Below, in pieces: positions 11,414 to 21,447 of a stretch of 64,000 nt of DNA. Numbering within the stretch: position 1 is the first letter of the stretch; every line of letters begins with the position of its first letter. The notes beneath the pieces were generated by a model. It did no database searches, had not been told where the DNA came from, and worked only from the letters and a program-made list of their open reading frames with translations. Origin of the DNA: Pseudomonas sp. (GTDB lineage: Bacteria > Pseudomonadota > Gammaproteobacteria > Pseudomonadales > Pseudomonadaceae); assembly GCA_034006005.1 (NCBI GenBank), contig JAVETP010000006.1, positions 9,944 to 73,943 on the forward strand, given 5' to 3'. A program made the position numbers and the translations under genes.

Positions 11414-13408
11414 ATGGAAACACCCACCGAACGTAGCGGAACCATTAACCCACCGGTTTTTTTTGGTTCCGCTATTCTTATTGCGGCACTGGTTTTATTT
11501 GCCAGTATCTTCCCGCAAGTTGCACAAGATTTTTTTGGAACGATGCAAGCTTGGATTATAGAGAACGTCAGTTGGTTCTATATTCTGGCCGTTGCTCTAA
11601 TTCTCTTAAGTACACTGTTTTTAGCCTTTAGCCGCTATGGCGATATCAAACTCGGCCCTGACCACAGTACCCCTGATTACAGCAGCACCAGTTGGTTTGC
11701 CATGCTGTTCTCAGCAGGTATGGGTATTGGTTTGATGTTCTTTGGTGTGGCTGAGCCGGTGATGCACTTTATTGCACCACCCGTAGGCGACCCCAATACC
11801 ATTGAAGCCGCTAAAGAAGCGATGAAGCTGACCTTCTTCCACTGGGGCTTGCATGCTTGGGCGATTTACGCAGTTGTTGCCTTGATTCTAGCGTTCTTCT
11901 CCTACCGTCACGGTCTACCACTAACGTTACGCTCGGCACTGTACCCATTAATTGGTGATCGTATTTATGGCCCCATTGGTCATGCTGTCGATATTTTCGC
12001 CATTATCAGTACGGTACTGGGTATTGCTACCTCTCTGGGTTATGGCGTTTTACAGATCAACAGTGGTTTTAACTACTTATTTGATCTGCCCATCGGCACC
12101 AATACTCAAGTTATCCTAATTATCAGTATCACTGCCTTAGCAACACTGTCAGTGGCCACAGGCTTGGATAAAGGTATTCGTCGTCTATCTGAGCTCAACC
12201 TGCTGTTAGCGGTGATCCTGTTAACCTTAGTTTTAGTACTTGGCCCAACAGCGCTACTGCTGAAAAGCTTTGTTGAAAATACCGGTGGTTACTTATCCGA
12301 AATCGTCAATAAAACCTTTAACCTCTATGCCTATAATCCAACCGATTGGCTGGGTGGTTGGACGTTATTGTATTGGGGTTGGTGGATCTCATGGTCGCCG
12401 TTTGTGGGTATGTTTATCGCCCGCGTTTCACGTGGCCGCACTATCCGTCAATTCCTCACAGGCGTCCTCTTGGTGCCAACCGGCTTTACCTTCCTATGGA
12501 TGACGGTGTTCGGTAACACCTCTATTTATATGATTATGAAACAGGGGATGACCGAGCTGGCAGACACCGTCAATGCCGACGCCTCGTTAGCCCTGTTTGC
12601 CTTCTTAGAACACTTCCCCTTCTCCACCATCTTGTCGATGGTAGCCGTGTGTATGGTGGTGTTGTTCTTTGTCACTTCAGCCGACTCAGGCTCGTTAGTG
12701 ATTGATATGCTGGCCTCCGGTGGTAAAACAGAAACACCACTGTGGCAGCGTGTGTTCTGGGCTTCATCAACGGGAGTTGTGGCAATTACCTTGCTACTGA
12801 CCGGTGGTTTAAGTGCGTTACAAACCTTAACCATTGCCAGTGCGCTGCCCTTCTCCGCTATTTTGCTGGTCGCGATTTGGGGCTTGTTTAAAGCCCTGCA
12901 TATTGACTCAACCAAACGCGTGTTGAGGCAGCAAAGTGCCACGCATTATTCGCGTCAAGAAAAGAAAACTGGTGGCTGGCAGCGCCGTTTACGTAGCATG
13001 GTGATGTTCCCACGCCGCTCGCACGTCAACCGCTTTATTGATGAAGTGGTCTTGCCTGGGTTTGAGGAAGTAGCAGACGAACTGCGTAAACAAGGCTACA
13101 CCGTAGCGGTTGAAAGTCGCGACGATAAACGCTGTAAGCTTGAAGTGCAGCATAATGTTGAAGTGAACTTTGTCTACGAAGTCCGTCCTCGTGCCTATGT
13201 CAAACCTGACTTTATGGCGCAAGACGAAGACGAAGATGAGCGCGACCGCGAAGATCGCGAAGAGCGAAAATACTTCCGTGCTGAGGTTCACCTGCTCGAA
13301 GGTGGCCAAGATTACGACATCATGGGTTGGTCACGTGACGAAGTGATCGACGATATCCTTGATCAGTACGAGCAACATATGCATTTCTTGCATGTGGTTC
13401 GCGAATAA
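11414..13408 (+). CDS. betT: BCCT family choline/glycine betaine transporter with BetT-type C-terminal domain
   Basis: WFAMLFSAGMGIG, FHWGLHAW, WTLLYWGWWISWSPFVG, VTSADS; tail ending 'DQYEQHMHFLH'. Confidence 0.85.
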   Translation: METPTERSGTINPPVFFGSAILIAALVLFASIFPQVAQDFFGTMQAWIIENVSWFYILAVALILLSTLFLAFSRYGDIKLGPDHSTPDYSSTSWFAMLFSAGMGIGLMFFGVAEPVMHFIAPPVGDPNTIEAAKEAMKLTFFHWGLHAWAIYAVVALILAFFSYRHGLPLTLRSALYPLIGDRIYGPIGHAVDIFAIISTVLGIATSLGYGVLQINSGFNYLFDLPIGTNTQVILIISITALATLSVATGLDKGIRRLSELNLLLAVILLTLVLVLGPTALLLKSFVENTGGYLSEIVNKTFNLYAYNPTDWLGGWTLLYWGWWISWSPFVGMFIARVSRGRTIRQFLTGVLLVPTGFTFLWMTVFGNTSIYMIMKQGMTELADTVNADASLALFAFLEHFPFSTILSMVAVCMVVLFFVTSADSGSLVIDMLASGGKTETPLWQRVFWASSTGVVAITLLLTGGLSALQTLTIASALPFSAILLVAIWGLFKALHIDSTKRVLRQQSATHYSRQEKKTGGWQRRLRSMVMFPRRSHVNRFIDEVVLPGFEEVADELRKQGYTVAVESRDDKRCKLEVQHNVEVNFVYEVRPRAYVKPDFMAQDEDEDERDREDREERKYFRAEVHLLEGGQDYDIMGWSRDEVIDDILDQYEQHMHFLHVVRE

Positions 13409-13421
13409 CCAAGCCATAATT

Positions 13422-13448
13422 AAGGCGCTCTTGATGAGCGCCTTTTTT
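13422..13448 (+). terminator. Rho-independent terminator after betT
   Basis: AAGGCGCTC-TTGAT-GAGCGCCTTTTTT. Confidence 0.85.
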
Positions 13449-13579
13449 ATTCTGCTACGTGTTTAATCCACTATCTGCTGTTCACAAACAACCTCTTCTC
13501 TAAGCTCGCGGCGCTCTATTGAGTCCCGTCACAGCACTTCAATGCTAGAATAGTGATTTTCACGACTCGGGCCTGATGC

Positions 13580-15589
13580 ATGTCTAAACTCAATCCTCGC
13601 CAACAAGAAGCCGTCAATTACATCAGCGGTCCAATGCTGGTACTGGCCGGTGCAGGCTCAGGTAAGACCAGTGTGATCACCCGAAAAATCGCCTATTTAA
13701 TTCAGCAATGCGGCATATCTGCACGCTATATTGTTGCGGTGACCTTTACCAATAAAGCCGCCCGTGAAATGAAAGAACGGGTGACCTCATTATTACGCGG
13801 CGCCGAAGGCCACGGTTTAACCGTCTCCACCTTCCATAACCTCGGTCTGAATATCATCCGTCGCGAGCATGCCCTACTGGGTTATAAGCCCGGCTTCTCG
13901 ATCTTTGATGATTCTGATGTCAAAAGCTTGCTCACCGATATTATGCAAAAAGAATACGCCGGTGATGACGGTGCTGATGAAGTTAAAAATATTATCAGCC
14001 AGTGGAAGAATGACTTAGTCCTGCCCGAAGAAGCCTTAGAGCTGGCACGCGGCGGCAAAGAGCAAACCGCAGCGATCGTCTACAGCCATTACCAGCGCAC
14101 ACTCAAAGCCTACAACGCCGTGGATTTTGATGATTTGATCTTTCAGCCGGTAAAGCTGTTTCAAAACCATCCTGAAGTGCTGGAAAAATGGCGTAACCGT
14201 ATTCGCTATATGCTGGTGGATGAGTATCAAGACACCAACACCAGCCAGTATTTACTGGTCAAACTGTTAGTTAAAGAACGCGCACAATTCACCGTAGTGG
14301 GTGACGATGACCAATCGATTTATGCCTGGCGCGGTGCTCGTCCAGAAAACCTGATGCAGCTCAAAGAAGATTTTCCGTCACTGAAAATAGTGATGCTGGA
14401 GCAAAACTACCGCTCCACCAGCCGCATTCTAAAATGCGCCAACACCCTGATCGCCAATAACCCGCACGAGTTTGTTAAAGAGCTGTGGAGTGAGATGGGT
14501 CACGGTGATGAAATCCGCGTGATTAAGTGCCGCAATGAAGATGCCGAAGCCGAGCGTATTGCCTTAGAAATCCTCACCGAACATATGCGCACCCAACGCC
14601 CGTATAGCGACTTTGCCATTTTATACCGCGGTAACTACCAAGCCAAAATCATGGAACTGAAGCTGCAGGTGCATAAAGTACCTTATCGTTTATCCGGCGG
14701 CACCAGCTTTTTTGGCCGTCAGGAAGTCAAAGACCTGATGTCGTACTTCCGTTTACTGGTCAATCCAGACGATGACAACGCTTTCTTACGAGTGATTAAT
14801 GTACCTCGACGTGAAATTGGCTCGACTACTTTGGAAAAACTCAGCGGCTATGCCACCCAGCGTGAAGTTTCGATGTATGAAGCCTGTGCAGAAATGGGTC
14901 TTGGCGAGCATTTAGGCGCGCGTTTTACCGAACGTTTAGCGCGCTTTAAGCACTATATGGACAAACTGCGCCAGCGTTGCTTTACGGAAGATCCGATCGA
15001 TGCGTTGAAAGAAATGATCGTTGATATTGATTATGAGAACTGGATTCGGCAAAACAGCTCCAGTGAAAAAGCCTGCGAATACCGTATGAGTAATGTGTGG
15101 TTTTTAATTGAGGCGTTAAAAAACACTTTAGAGCGTGATGACGAAGGCAAGATGACCATCGAGGAAGCCATCGCCAAACTGGTGTTGCGCGATATGCTCG
15201 AACGCCAAGAAGAAGATGAAGACGGTGCCGACGGCGTACAAATGATGACCTTGCATGCCTCCAAAGGTTTGGAGTTCCCCAGCGTTTATATTATGGGTAT
15301 GGAAGAAGAAATTCTGCCGCACCGCTCCAGCATTGAAGCCGATACCATCGAAGAAGAACGGCGCTTGGCCTATGTCGGCATTACTCGTGCGCGGCGTAAT
15401 CTGGCCTTTACTTTTGCCAGTAAACGCAAGCAATATGGTGAAACCATTGATTGCATACACAGTCGCTTTCTTGATGAACTCCCCAAAGAAGATCTGCAAT
15501 GGGAAGGTCTTGAAGAGGCCCCTGTCGAAGTTAAAGCAGCTCGCGGCAACAATGCCTTAGCCGGTATTCGAGCCATGTTAAAAAAGTAA
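13580..15589 (+). CDS. rep: ATP-dependent DNA helicase Rep
   Basis: AGAGSGKT, TFTNKAA, DEYQD, GDDDQSIY, QNYRS, TLHASKGLEF, EERRLAYVGITRA; 669 aa with Rep-like C-terminus. Confidence 0.95.
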   Translation: MSKLNPRQQEAVNYISGPMLVLAGAGSGKTSVITRKIAYLIQQCGISARYIVAVTFTNKAAREMKERVTSLLRGAEGHGLTVSTFHNLGLNIIRREHALLGYKPGFSIFDDSDVKSLLTDIMQKEYAGDDGADEVKNIISQWKNDLVLPEEALELARGGKEQTAAIVYSHYQRTLKAYNAVDFDDLIFQPVKLFQNHPEVLEKWRNRIRYMLVDEYQDTNTSQYLLVKLLVKERAQFTVVGDDDQSIYAWRGARPENLMQLKEDFPSLKIVMLEQNYRSTSRILKCANTLIANNPHEFVKELWSEMGHGDEIRVIKCRNEDAEAERIALEILTEHMRTQRPYSDFAILYRGNYQAKIMELKLQVHKVPYRLSGGTSFFGRQEVKDLMSYFRLLVNPDDDNAFLRVINVPRREIGSTTLEKLSGYATQREVSMYEACAEMGLGEHLGARFTERLARFKHYMDKLRQRCFTEDPIDALKEMIVDIDYENWIRQNSSSEKACEYRMSNVWFLIEALKNTLERDDEGKMTIEEAIAKLVLRDMLERQEEDEDGADGVQMMTLHASKGLEFPSVYIMGMEEEILPHRSSIEADTIEEERRLAYVGITRARRNLAFTFASKRKQYGETIDCIHSRFLDELPKEDLQWEGLEEAPVEVKAARGNNALAGIRAMLKK

Positions 15590-15661
15590 TGTCAGTACCG
15601 TCTTTTATCTGCAATAAGGAATAGCGTTATTATCCGAGCCTCTGTAAAAAGCCCACTCAGC

Positions 15662-16846
15662 ATGCAGCTGATTATTCTACTCGCCTCGCTCAGTGCCCTA
15701 GTGGCTGCGGCGATTGATATGTACTTGCCCGCCTTTCCTGTGGTCGCCACCAGTTTGGATATCACTGAAGGCCAAGTACAACAAACTCTGACTGTATTTA
15801 TAATTGGTTTGGGTATTGGTCAGGGCTTATATGGACCTTTTTTAGATCGCTTTGGTCGACGGCCACCGCTGTTGATTGGTATTGCTTTATTTACTATAGG
15901 CTCACTGGCTGCAGCGCTGAGCACCAGTTTTGAAGGCTTGCTGTTTGCACGCTTTTTACAGGCGATTGGCGCAGCTGCAGGCTCAGTGGCTTCGCGTGCA
16001 GTGGTGACTGACACTTGTGATCCACAAAATTCTGCACGTATTTATTCAATGCTGATGCAGGTGATGATGATCGCCCCGATCACCGCACCGATGCTTGGTG
16101 GGCTGATTTTACTCTATGGCGATTGGTATCTGATTTTCTGGGTTCTGGCCTTATTTGGCGTGATCAGTGGCCTATTTACCATCCGTTTGTTGCCCGAAAC
16201 CTTACCGGTGGAACGCCGTGTACCGCTATCGATGCGCAATATTGTGCGCAATTACGCGATACAAATCAGCAACCCCAGCTTCTTGTTTTACACCTTAGCC
16301 ACCAGCTGCACCTTGGGCTGCTTGTTTATTTATATTAATAACTCGCCATTTATCTTTATTAATATGTTTGATCTAACACCGACTCAGTTCAGCTATATTT
16401 TTGCCGCTAACGCAATGCTGATGATTGGAATCAGTCAAATTAACTTACGTTTATTAAAACTGTACAGCATTGCTCGGGTTCTATTTATCGGTCTGGGCGG
16501 CTTTATTGTAATTGGTTTAGCGCTGCTGGCTTTAGTACAACTGGGCTGGGAAGCACTGTGGAGCTATAACATTCTGCTAGGTTTAGGTATGGCCATGCTC
16601 GGTCTCATTACCGGTAACCTCACCGCAATGACCATGGCACATACCCAACAACATGCCGGTATTGCCTCAGCGCTGATGGGCTTAATCCAGTTTTTACTGG
16701 CGGCAGCCATTGGTTTTATAGCCAGTATTGTTGCAGCACCTTCGCTGTATACCTTACCGGTGGCGCTGCTGGTGCTGGGCCTCGTTGCTATGGGTCTTTG
16801 TCTGATTGGTCGCCGTTTTGCACGGCAGCCAACGCCTGATCCTTAG
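15662..16846 (+). CDS. Bcr/CflA family MFS drug efflux transporter (paralog 1; start uncertain)
   Basis: IDMYLPAFP, DRFGRRP, LPETL motifs; 12-TM pattern. Confidence 0.88.
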   Translation: MQLIILLASLSALVAAAIDMYLPAFPVVATSLDITEGQVQQTLTVFIIGLGIGQGLYGPFLDRFGRRPPLLIGIALFTIGSLAAALSTSFEGLLFARFLQAIGAAAGSVASRAVVTDTCDPQNSARIYSMLMQVMMIAPITAPMLGGLILLYGDWYLIFWVLALFGVISGLFTIRLLPETLPVERRVPLSMRNIVRNYAIQISNPSFLFYTLATSCTLGCLFIYINNSPFIFINMFDLTPTQFSYIFAANAMLMIGISQINLRLLKLYSIARVLFIGLGGFIVIGLALLALVQLGWEALWSYNILLGLGMAMLGLITGNLTAMTMAHTQQHAGIASALMGLIQFLLAAAIGFIASIVAAPSLYTLPVALLVLGLVAMGLCLIGRRFARQPTPDP

Positions 16847-17074
16847 TCTATTTCTATTCAACGCATGACACACTTACGGCAACTGGAGTGTACTCGCGGC
16901 GATTGTGTTGACGGACTGCCTTAAGAAGACATACATTGCAGAATCTTGAAGAATAACCTGATGAAGTGAAAACGGTACCTAGCAACAGTGCTTTCGTCGA
17001 TATTCGTACTGGGCTAAAAAATAATCAATCCAGTACTCTTGCTCTGTTATTTATTCAAAACAAGGAACACCGTT

Positions 17075-18289
17075 ATCACCCAGCCAACGACTAACAACCC
17101 TCTCAGCTTGCAACTGATTATACTACTTGCCTCACTCAGTGCTCTGTCGGCCGCAGCCGTTGATATGTACTTGCCCGCATTTCCAACGGTAGCCCTCAGT
17201 CTTGATATTACTGCAGGGCAAGTCCAACAAACGCTCACTGTTTTTCTGATCGGCTTAGGTGTTGGCCAAGGTTTATACGGCCCGCTATTAGATCGTTTTG
17301 GACGGCGCATACCGTTACTGATTGGCCTGAGCCTGTTCACTCTAGGCTCGTTAGCTGCAGCGCTGGCCAGCAGCTTTGAAGGTTTGTTAATAGCACGTTT
17401 TTTACAAGCTATTGGTGCAGCAGCGGGTGCCGTAGCCTCACGCGCGGTGGTGACTGACACCTGTGATACACACAGCTCAGCACGTATTTACTCGATGCTG
17501 ATGCAAATGATGATGATCGCACCGATCACTGCGCCGCTGCTGGGCGGATTGATTTTGTTGTATGGTGAATGGCATTTGATTTTTTGGACATTAGCCTTCT
17601 TTGGTAGCGCCTGCTGGTTTTTTACCGCTCGTTTGCTTCCAGAAACCTTACCCCTTGAGCGACGCGTACCCTTGTCAATTGGTAGTATCGTACGCAACTA
17701 TGCAATACAGCTGCGCAACCCCAGCTTCTTTTTTTATACCCTAGCATCGGGCTGCATATTTGGCTGTCTATTCCTCTATGTCACGAACTCACCCTTTATT
17801 TTCATTAGTATGTTTGGCCTAAGTCCCAACCAGTTCAGTTATATCTTTGCTAGCAACGCAATCGGTATGATTTTGATCGGCCAAATCAACTTACGTCTCT
17901 TAAAAAACTACAGTGCCGCACGGGTACTCTTTATCGGCGTAAGCTGCTTTATTGGTATAGGCATCATGCTATTAACCTTGGTGCAACTTGAGTGGATGGC
18001 GCTATGGAGTTACAGCTTACTGCTGGGTTTAAGTGTTGCTATGCTGGGTATGATTATCGGTAATTTAACAGCTCTAACCATGGCCCATACTCAGCAACAT
18101 GCCGGCATTGCCTCAGCACTGATGGGTTTAATGCAGTTTTTACTGGCAGCAACCATTGGCTTTTTAGTCAGTCTTACAGCGCCTACGCTAAGTACCATTC
18201 CTATAGCGCTGATCGTATTTGGTTCTCTCGCACTGGGCCTATCCTTGATTGGTAGACATTTTTCACAGCAGCCTACGCCTGCCCCTTAA
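17075..18289 (+). CDS. Bcr/CflA family MFS drug efflux transporter (paralog 2; start uncertain, 17075 ATC or 17108 TTG)
   Basis: VDMYLPAFP, DRFGRR, LPETL; collinear with paralog 1 over its whole length. Confidence 0.85.
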   Translation: MTQPTTNNPLSLQLIILLASLSALSAAAVDMYLPAFPTVALSLDITAGQVQQTLTVFLIGLGVGQGLYGPLLDRFGRRIPLLIGLSLFTLGSLAAALASSFEGLLIARFLQAIGAAAGAVASRAVVTDTCDTHSSARIYSMLMQMMMIAPITAPLLGGLILLYGEWHLIFWTLAFFGSACWFFTARLLPETLPLERRVPLSIGSIVRNYAIQLRNPSFFFYTLASGCIFGCLFLYVTNSPFIFISMFGLSPNQFSYIFASNAIGMILIGQINLRLLKNYSAARVLFIGVSCFIGIGIMLLTLVQLEWMALWSYSLLLGLSVAMLGMIIGNLTALTMAHTQQHAGIASALMGLMQFLLAATIGFLVSLTAPTLSTIPIALIVFGSLALGLSLIGRHFSQQPTPAP

Positions 18290-18403
18290 TCAACTGATGC
18301 ACAGGCTCTGAGTGTTGCACTTTAACCTGTAGAAAATGGCTATCAAGCGTGTTTTGACTGTATAACATCATCACTAACACAGTTAAAATGACGCAGGACG
18401 CTT

Positions 18404-20170
18404 ATGACACTTGAAATTTTTCTTGTTTTGCTAATTACACTATCGGCTATGGCGCTGTTTATTAGCGAAAAGCTGCGTGTCGACGCCATCGCCATTCTAG
18501 TTTTGGTCAGTTTAACTCTGCTGGATCTGATCAGCCCCAGCGAAGCGCTCAGTGGTTTTAGTAATCCCGCAACCATCACTGTCGCCTCGATGTTTATACT
18601 GGCGACTGGCCTACAAAATAGTGGTGCCTTGGGCGGTATACAAAGACTACTGGGCTCAGCACGCTCGCCGCTGCAATTTATGCTAATGCTGTTTGGCTTA
18701 ATCATCCTCATCGCACCCTTTGTGAATAACACTGCGGTGGTGGCGATTTTTATTCCCATTGTGATTGCTGCCAGTTTAAAAGTCGGTTTAGCCCCCTCGA
18801 AAACACTGATTCCGCTCTCCTATGTGGCACAAATGGCCGGCGTATTTACCCTAATCGGCTCTTCCACCAACCTGCTGGTCAACTCAGTGGCTAAAGATCT
18901 GGGGCATCCAGGCTTTAGTATGTTTGAGTTTTTACCTTTGGCAGCGATCTGCGCCGTCGCCGGTTGCTTGTATCTACTCACTTTTGGTCGCTGGTTATTA
19001 CCCGATGTACGCAGTGCCGACTTGGAAAACCTCTATGAATTTGGCCACTATATTAGCGAATTGAAAGTCACTGCAGACTCAAAATTACTGGGCTCCACAG
19101 TCGAGCAAGCTCATCTCAGTAAGAACTACAACGTCTATGTGCTGGAGCTGCTGCGTGACGATGAAAAGTATTGGTCACCACGCTCACAAGAGTTACAAGA
19201 AGGCGATATTTTGCTGACTCGCGGTGTTTGGTCTGATCTTGAAACCCTTAAAGATGAGCAAAAACTGGAGTTCAATACACACACTGATTTCCAGCTCAAA
19301 GGTGCAAAACAGGACAAATCCGTCTTAGCAGAAGTGATGATCGCTCCGCAGTCCCGTGCGGCTGGACGCTTGCTGGCCGTATTGAATCGCAACTGGCGTT
19401 ATAACGCCTCAGTCATGGGCGTGCAGCGCCGCGGGCAAGTGGTGCGCAATCAACTGAATAGTTTACGTCTGCGTATTGGTGATATTTTGCTGCTGGCGTT
19501 ACCTGAAAAAGACTTAGCGGCGCTGCGCAAAGATAAAAGTATGATTGTGATCTCTCAACGTGAAGCCACCCAGGACTATGGTTGGCGCGCACCCTTTGCT
19601 GTCGCCACTATGGCTGCGGTGGTTGCTATGGCTGCGCTGGGTTGGTTACCCATTGCACTTGCTGCACTGACAGGTGCGGTTGCCATGACATTGGCCGGCT
19701 GTATTCATGCCGATGATGTTTATGAGAGTACCGACTGGTCGGTTGTTATCTTAATCGCTGGGATGTTACCGCTGGGGATTGCTATGAGCAGTAGCGGCGC
19801 AGCAGGATTTTTGGTGGATAACAGTATCGGTTTGGTCAGCCATTTGGGTCCGCATGTGGTGCTAGCTGTACTTTATTTGATGGCTCTGGCACTGGGTGAG
19901 CTGATGAGTAACTCAGCAGCGGCAGTGCTATTAACGCCGATAGGTTTTTCTACCGCGCTGCTGATGGAGGCTGACCCCACTCCTTTTCTGATTGCCATTA
20001 CCTTCGCAGCCTCAACCAGCTTTCTAACACCTGTGGGTTATCAAACCAATATGATGGTCTATAGCGCGGGAGGCTATAAGTTCAGCGACTTTTTTAAGGT
20101 GGGTTTACCACTCAATATGATTTTCTGGGTCTTGGGTGTGATTTTTATTCCGATCTTTTGGCCGTTTTAA
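18404..20170 (+). CDS. SLC13/DASS-like permease with two TrkA-C (RCK-C) domains
   Basis: GFSNPATITV, FVNNTAVV, TLIGSSTNL, central soluble domains, SFLTPVGYQTN, GGYKFSDF. Confidence 0.88.
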   Translation: MTLEIFLVLLITLSAMALFISEKLRVDAIAILVLVSLTLLDLISPSEALSGFSNPATITVASMFILATGLQNSGALGGIQRLLGSARSPLQFMLMLFGLIILIAPFVNNTAVVAIFIPIVIAASLKVGLAPSKTLIPLSYVAQMAGVFTLIGSSTNLLVNSVAKDLGHPGFSMFEFLPLAAICAVAGCLYLLTFGRWLLPDVRSADLENLYEFGHYISELKVTADSKLLGSTVEQAHLSKNYNVYVLELLRDDEKYWSPRSQELQEGDILLTRGVWSDLETLKDEQKLEFNTHTDFQLKGAKQDKSVLAEVMIAPQSRAAGRLLAVLNRNWRYNASVMGVQRRGQVVRNQLNSLRLRIGDILLLALPEKDLAALRKDKSMIVISQREATQDYGWRAPFAVATMAAVVAMAALGWLPIALAALTGAVAMTLAGCIHADDVYESTDWSVVILIAGMLPLGIAMSSSGAAGFLVDNSIGLVSHLGPHVVLAVLYLMALALGELMSNSAAAVLLTPIGFSTALLMEADPTPFLIAITFAASTSFLTPVGYQTNMMVYSAGGYKFSDFFKVGLPLNMIFWVLGVIFIPIFWPF

Positions 20171-20319
20171 AAAAAGCACGAAAAAAGAGCACAACATTCT
20201 TGCTGGCACTCCACATGACTCGCTATATTATTAGCAAAATTGGTTATTATATTTTATATCCGCTTTCATTTTCACCTGAAAAGAACATCAAAAAAGGCTT
20301 TATTGATAGGGAATACAAT

Positions 20320-20532
20320 ATGAACAAGCCGGATTTAAAAACAGAAATACAACAAGCATGGAATGAATTCAATCAACTCATTATCAAGCTAACTCCAAAG
20401 TTTATTTACAACATTTACCAAAACAAACCATTATTTTGGCTGTTGGTAGTTATAGCAATATCTTTAGAGATTTTTATAGGTTTTTGGATTTACGGTAAAT
20501 GGATTACACCACAAAGTGAGGTACTGAAATGA
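20320..20532 (+). CDS. Small (70 aa) single-TM hypothetical protein, AT-rich
   Basis: AGGGA SD before ATG 20320; hydrophobic LFWLLVVIAISLEIFIGFWIY; stop overlaps the next start (ATGA). Confidence 0.6.
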   Translation: MNKPDLKTEIQQAWNEFNQLIIKLTPKFIYNIYQNKPLFWLLVVIAISLEIFIGFWIYGKWITPQSEVLK

Positions 20533-21338
20533 TTCGTGTCGTTATATTTATATTTTTATTTATCATTTACCTAGTATTTAAACTTATAAAAAAAGGAGCT
20601 CAGAAAACTATTGATACAGGGAAAGATGCTTATGAATCAATCATAAACAGCAATAGTTTTGAAGAAGCATATCGTAATTTTTCAACCAATAAGTTTGCTC
20701 GAGTACGATTAGCTATACCTGAAGAAGTTATCGCTTTAATGGCTAAAGTATCAATCAGTGATGGCAAGGTCAGTGAGCTTGAAGTTGAATATATGAGCGA
20801 TATGATTAAAGCCATTGCTGCTGCAATGCTAGCGTCAGGTATGAGTGAGCACGTTGTTGCGGGAATAAAAACTCAACTATTTGAATTAGCCAATCACGCT
20901 AAAAAAGATGCTAATCCCGTGTCTTATTATTGTGCAGAGTTATCTAAATCCAGCACAGAGATTAGAACAAGAGCTTTTATGCAAATCTTATCATTTGCCA
21001 GCCTGGATGGCCTCTCAAGCAAGACCTCAGCTTTACTCTATGATATTGGAGCATGTTTAAATTTTACAACAGAAGAACTCAATGATTTCATTAACAGCCT
21101 AACGGGTAAAAGAACTTCACAAAATAATTCTACGCAAAGCCCATATCAGATACTTGGCTGTAATGAAGCTGATGATTTCAGTGTAATAAAACAAGCCTAT
21201 CGTCGCTTAGTTAAGCAGAATCACCCAGACTATATGCATAGCAAAGGTGTGGATGATAGCGAAATTCGTAAGGCTACTGAACGAATGCAGGACATCAATA
21301 ATGCCTACGAAGAAATAAAAAAGAAAAGAAATATTTAG
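20529..21338 (+). CDS. DjlA-like co-chaperone: N-terminal TM, TerB domain, C-terminal J domain
   Basis: TM anchor; IALMAKVSISDGKVSELE (TerB); PYQILG...IKQAYRRLVKQNHPD...INNAYEEIK (J domain, intact HPD). Confidence 0.85.
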   Translation: MIRVVIFIFLFIIYLVFKLIKKGAQKTIDTGKDAYESIINSNSFEEAYRNFSTNKFARVRLAIPEEVIALMAKVSISDGKVSELEVEYMSDMIKAIAAAMLASGMSEHVVAGIKTQLFELANHAKKDANPVSYYCAELSKSSTEIRTRAFMQILSFASLDGLSSKTSALLYDIGACLNFTTEELNDFINSLTGKRTSQNNSTQSPYQILGCNEADDFSVIKQAYRRLVKQNHPDYMHSKGVDDSEIRKATERMQDINNAYEEIKKKRNI

Positions 21339-21350
21339 CTATTTTAAAAC

Positions 21351-21396
21351 GTGGTGTGATTTACTTTTATACAAATCAAAAAACAAATCGCACCAC
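21351..21396. terminator. Inverted repeat between convergent genes
   Basis: GTGGTGTGATTT ... AAATCGCACCAC. Confidence 0.45.
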
Positions 21397-21447
21397 TATC
21401 CATCTTATAAAATAATCACTTAGTATGCTAATTATTGTGAGCCCGCC

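Noticed and set aside
20158..20319. 124-aa version of the small islet ORF
   Set aside because: Upstream part overlaps the permease stop and looks like promoter DNA; the SD supports ATG 20320.
21340..21400. Islet inverted repeat as an integron attC site
   Set aside because: No RYYYAAC/GTTRRRY ends, no integrase, no second copy.
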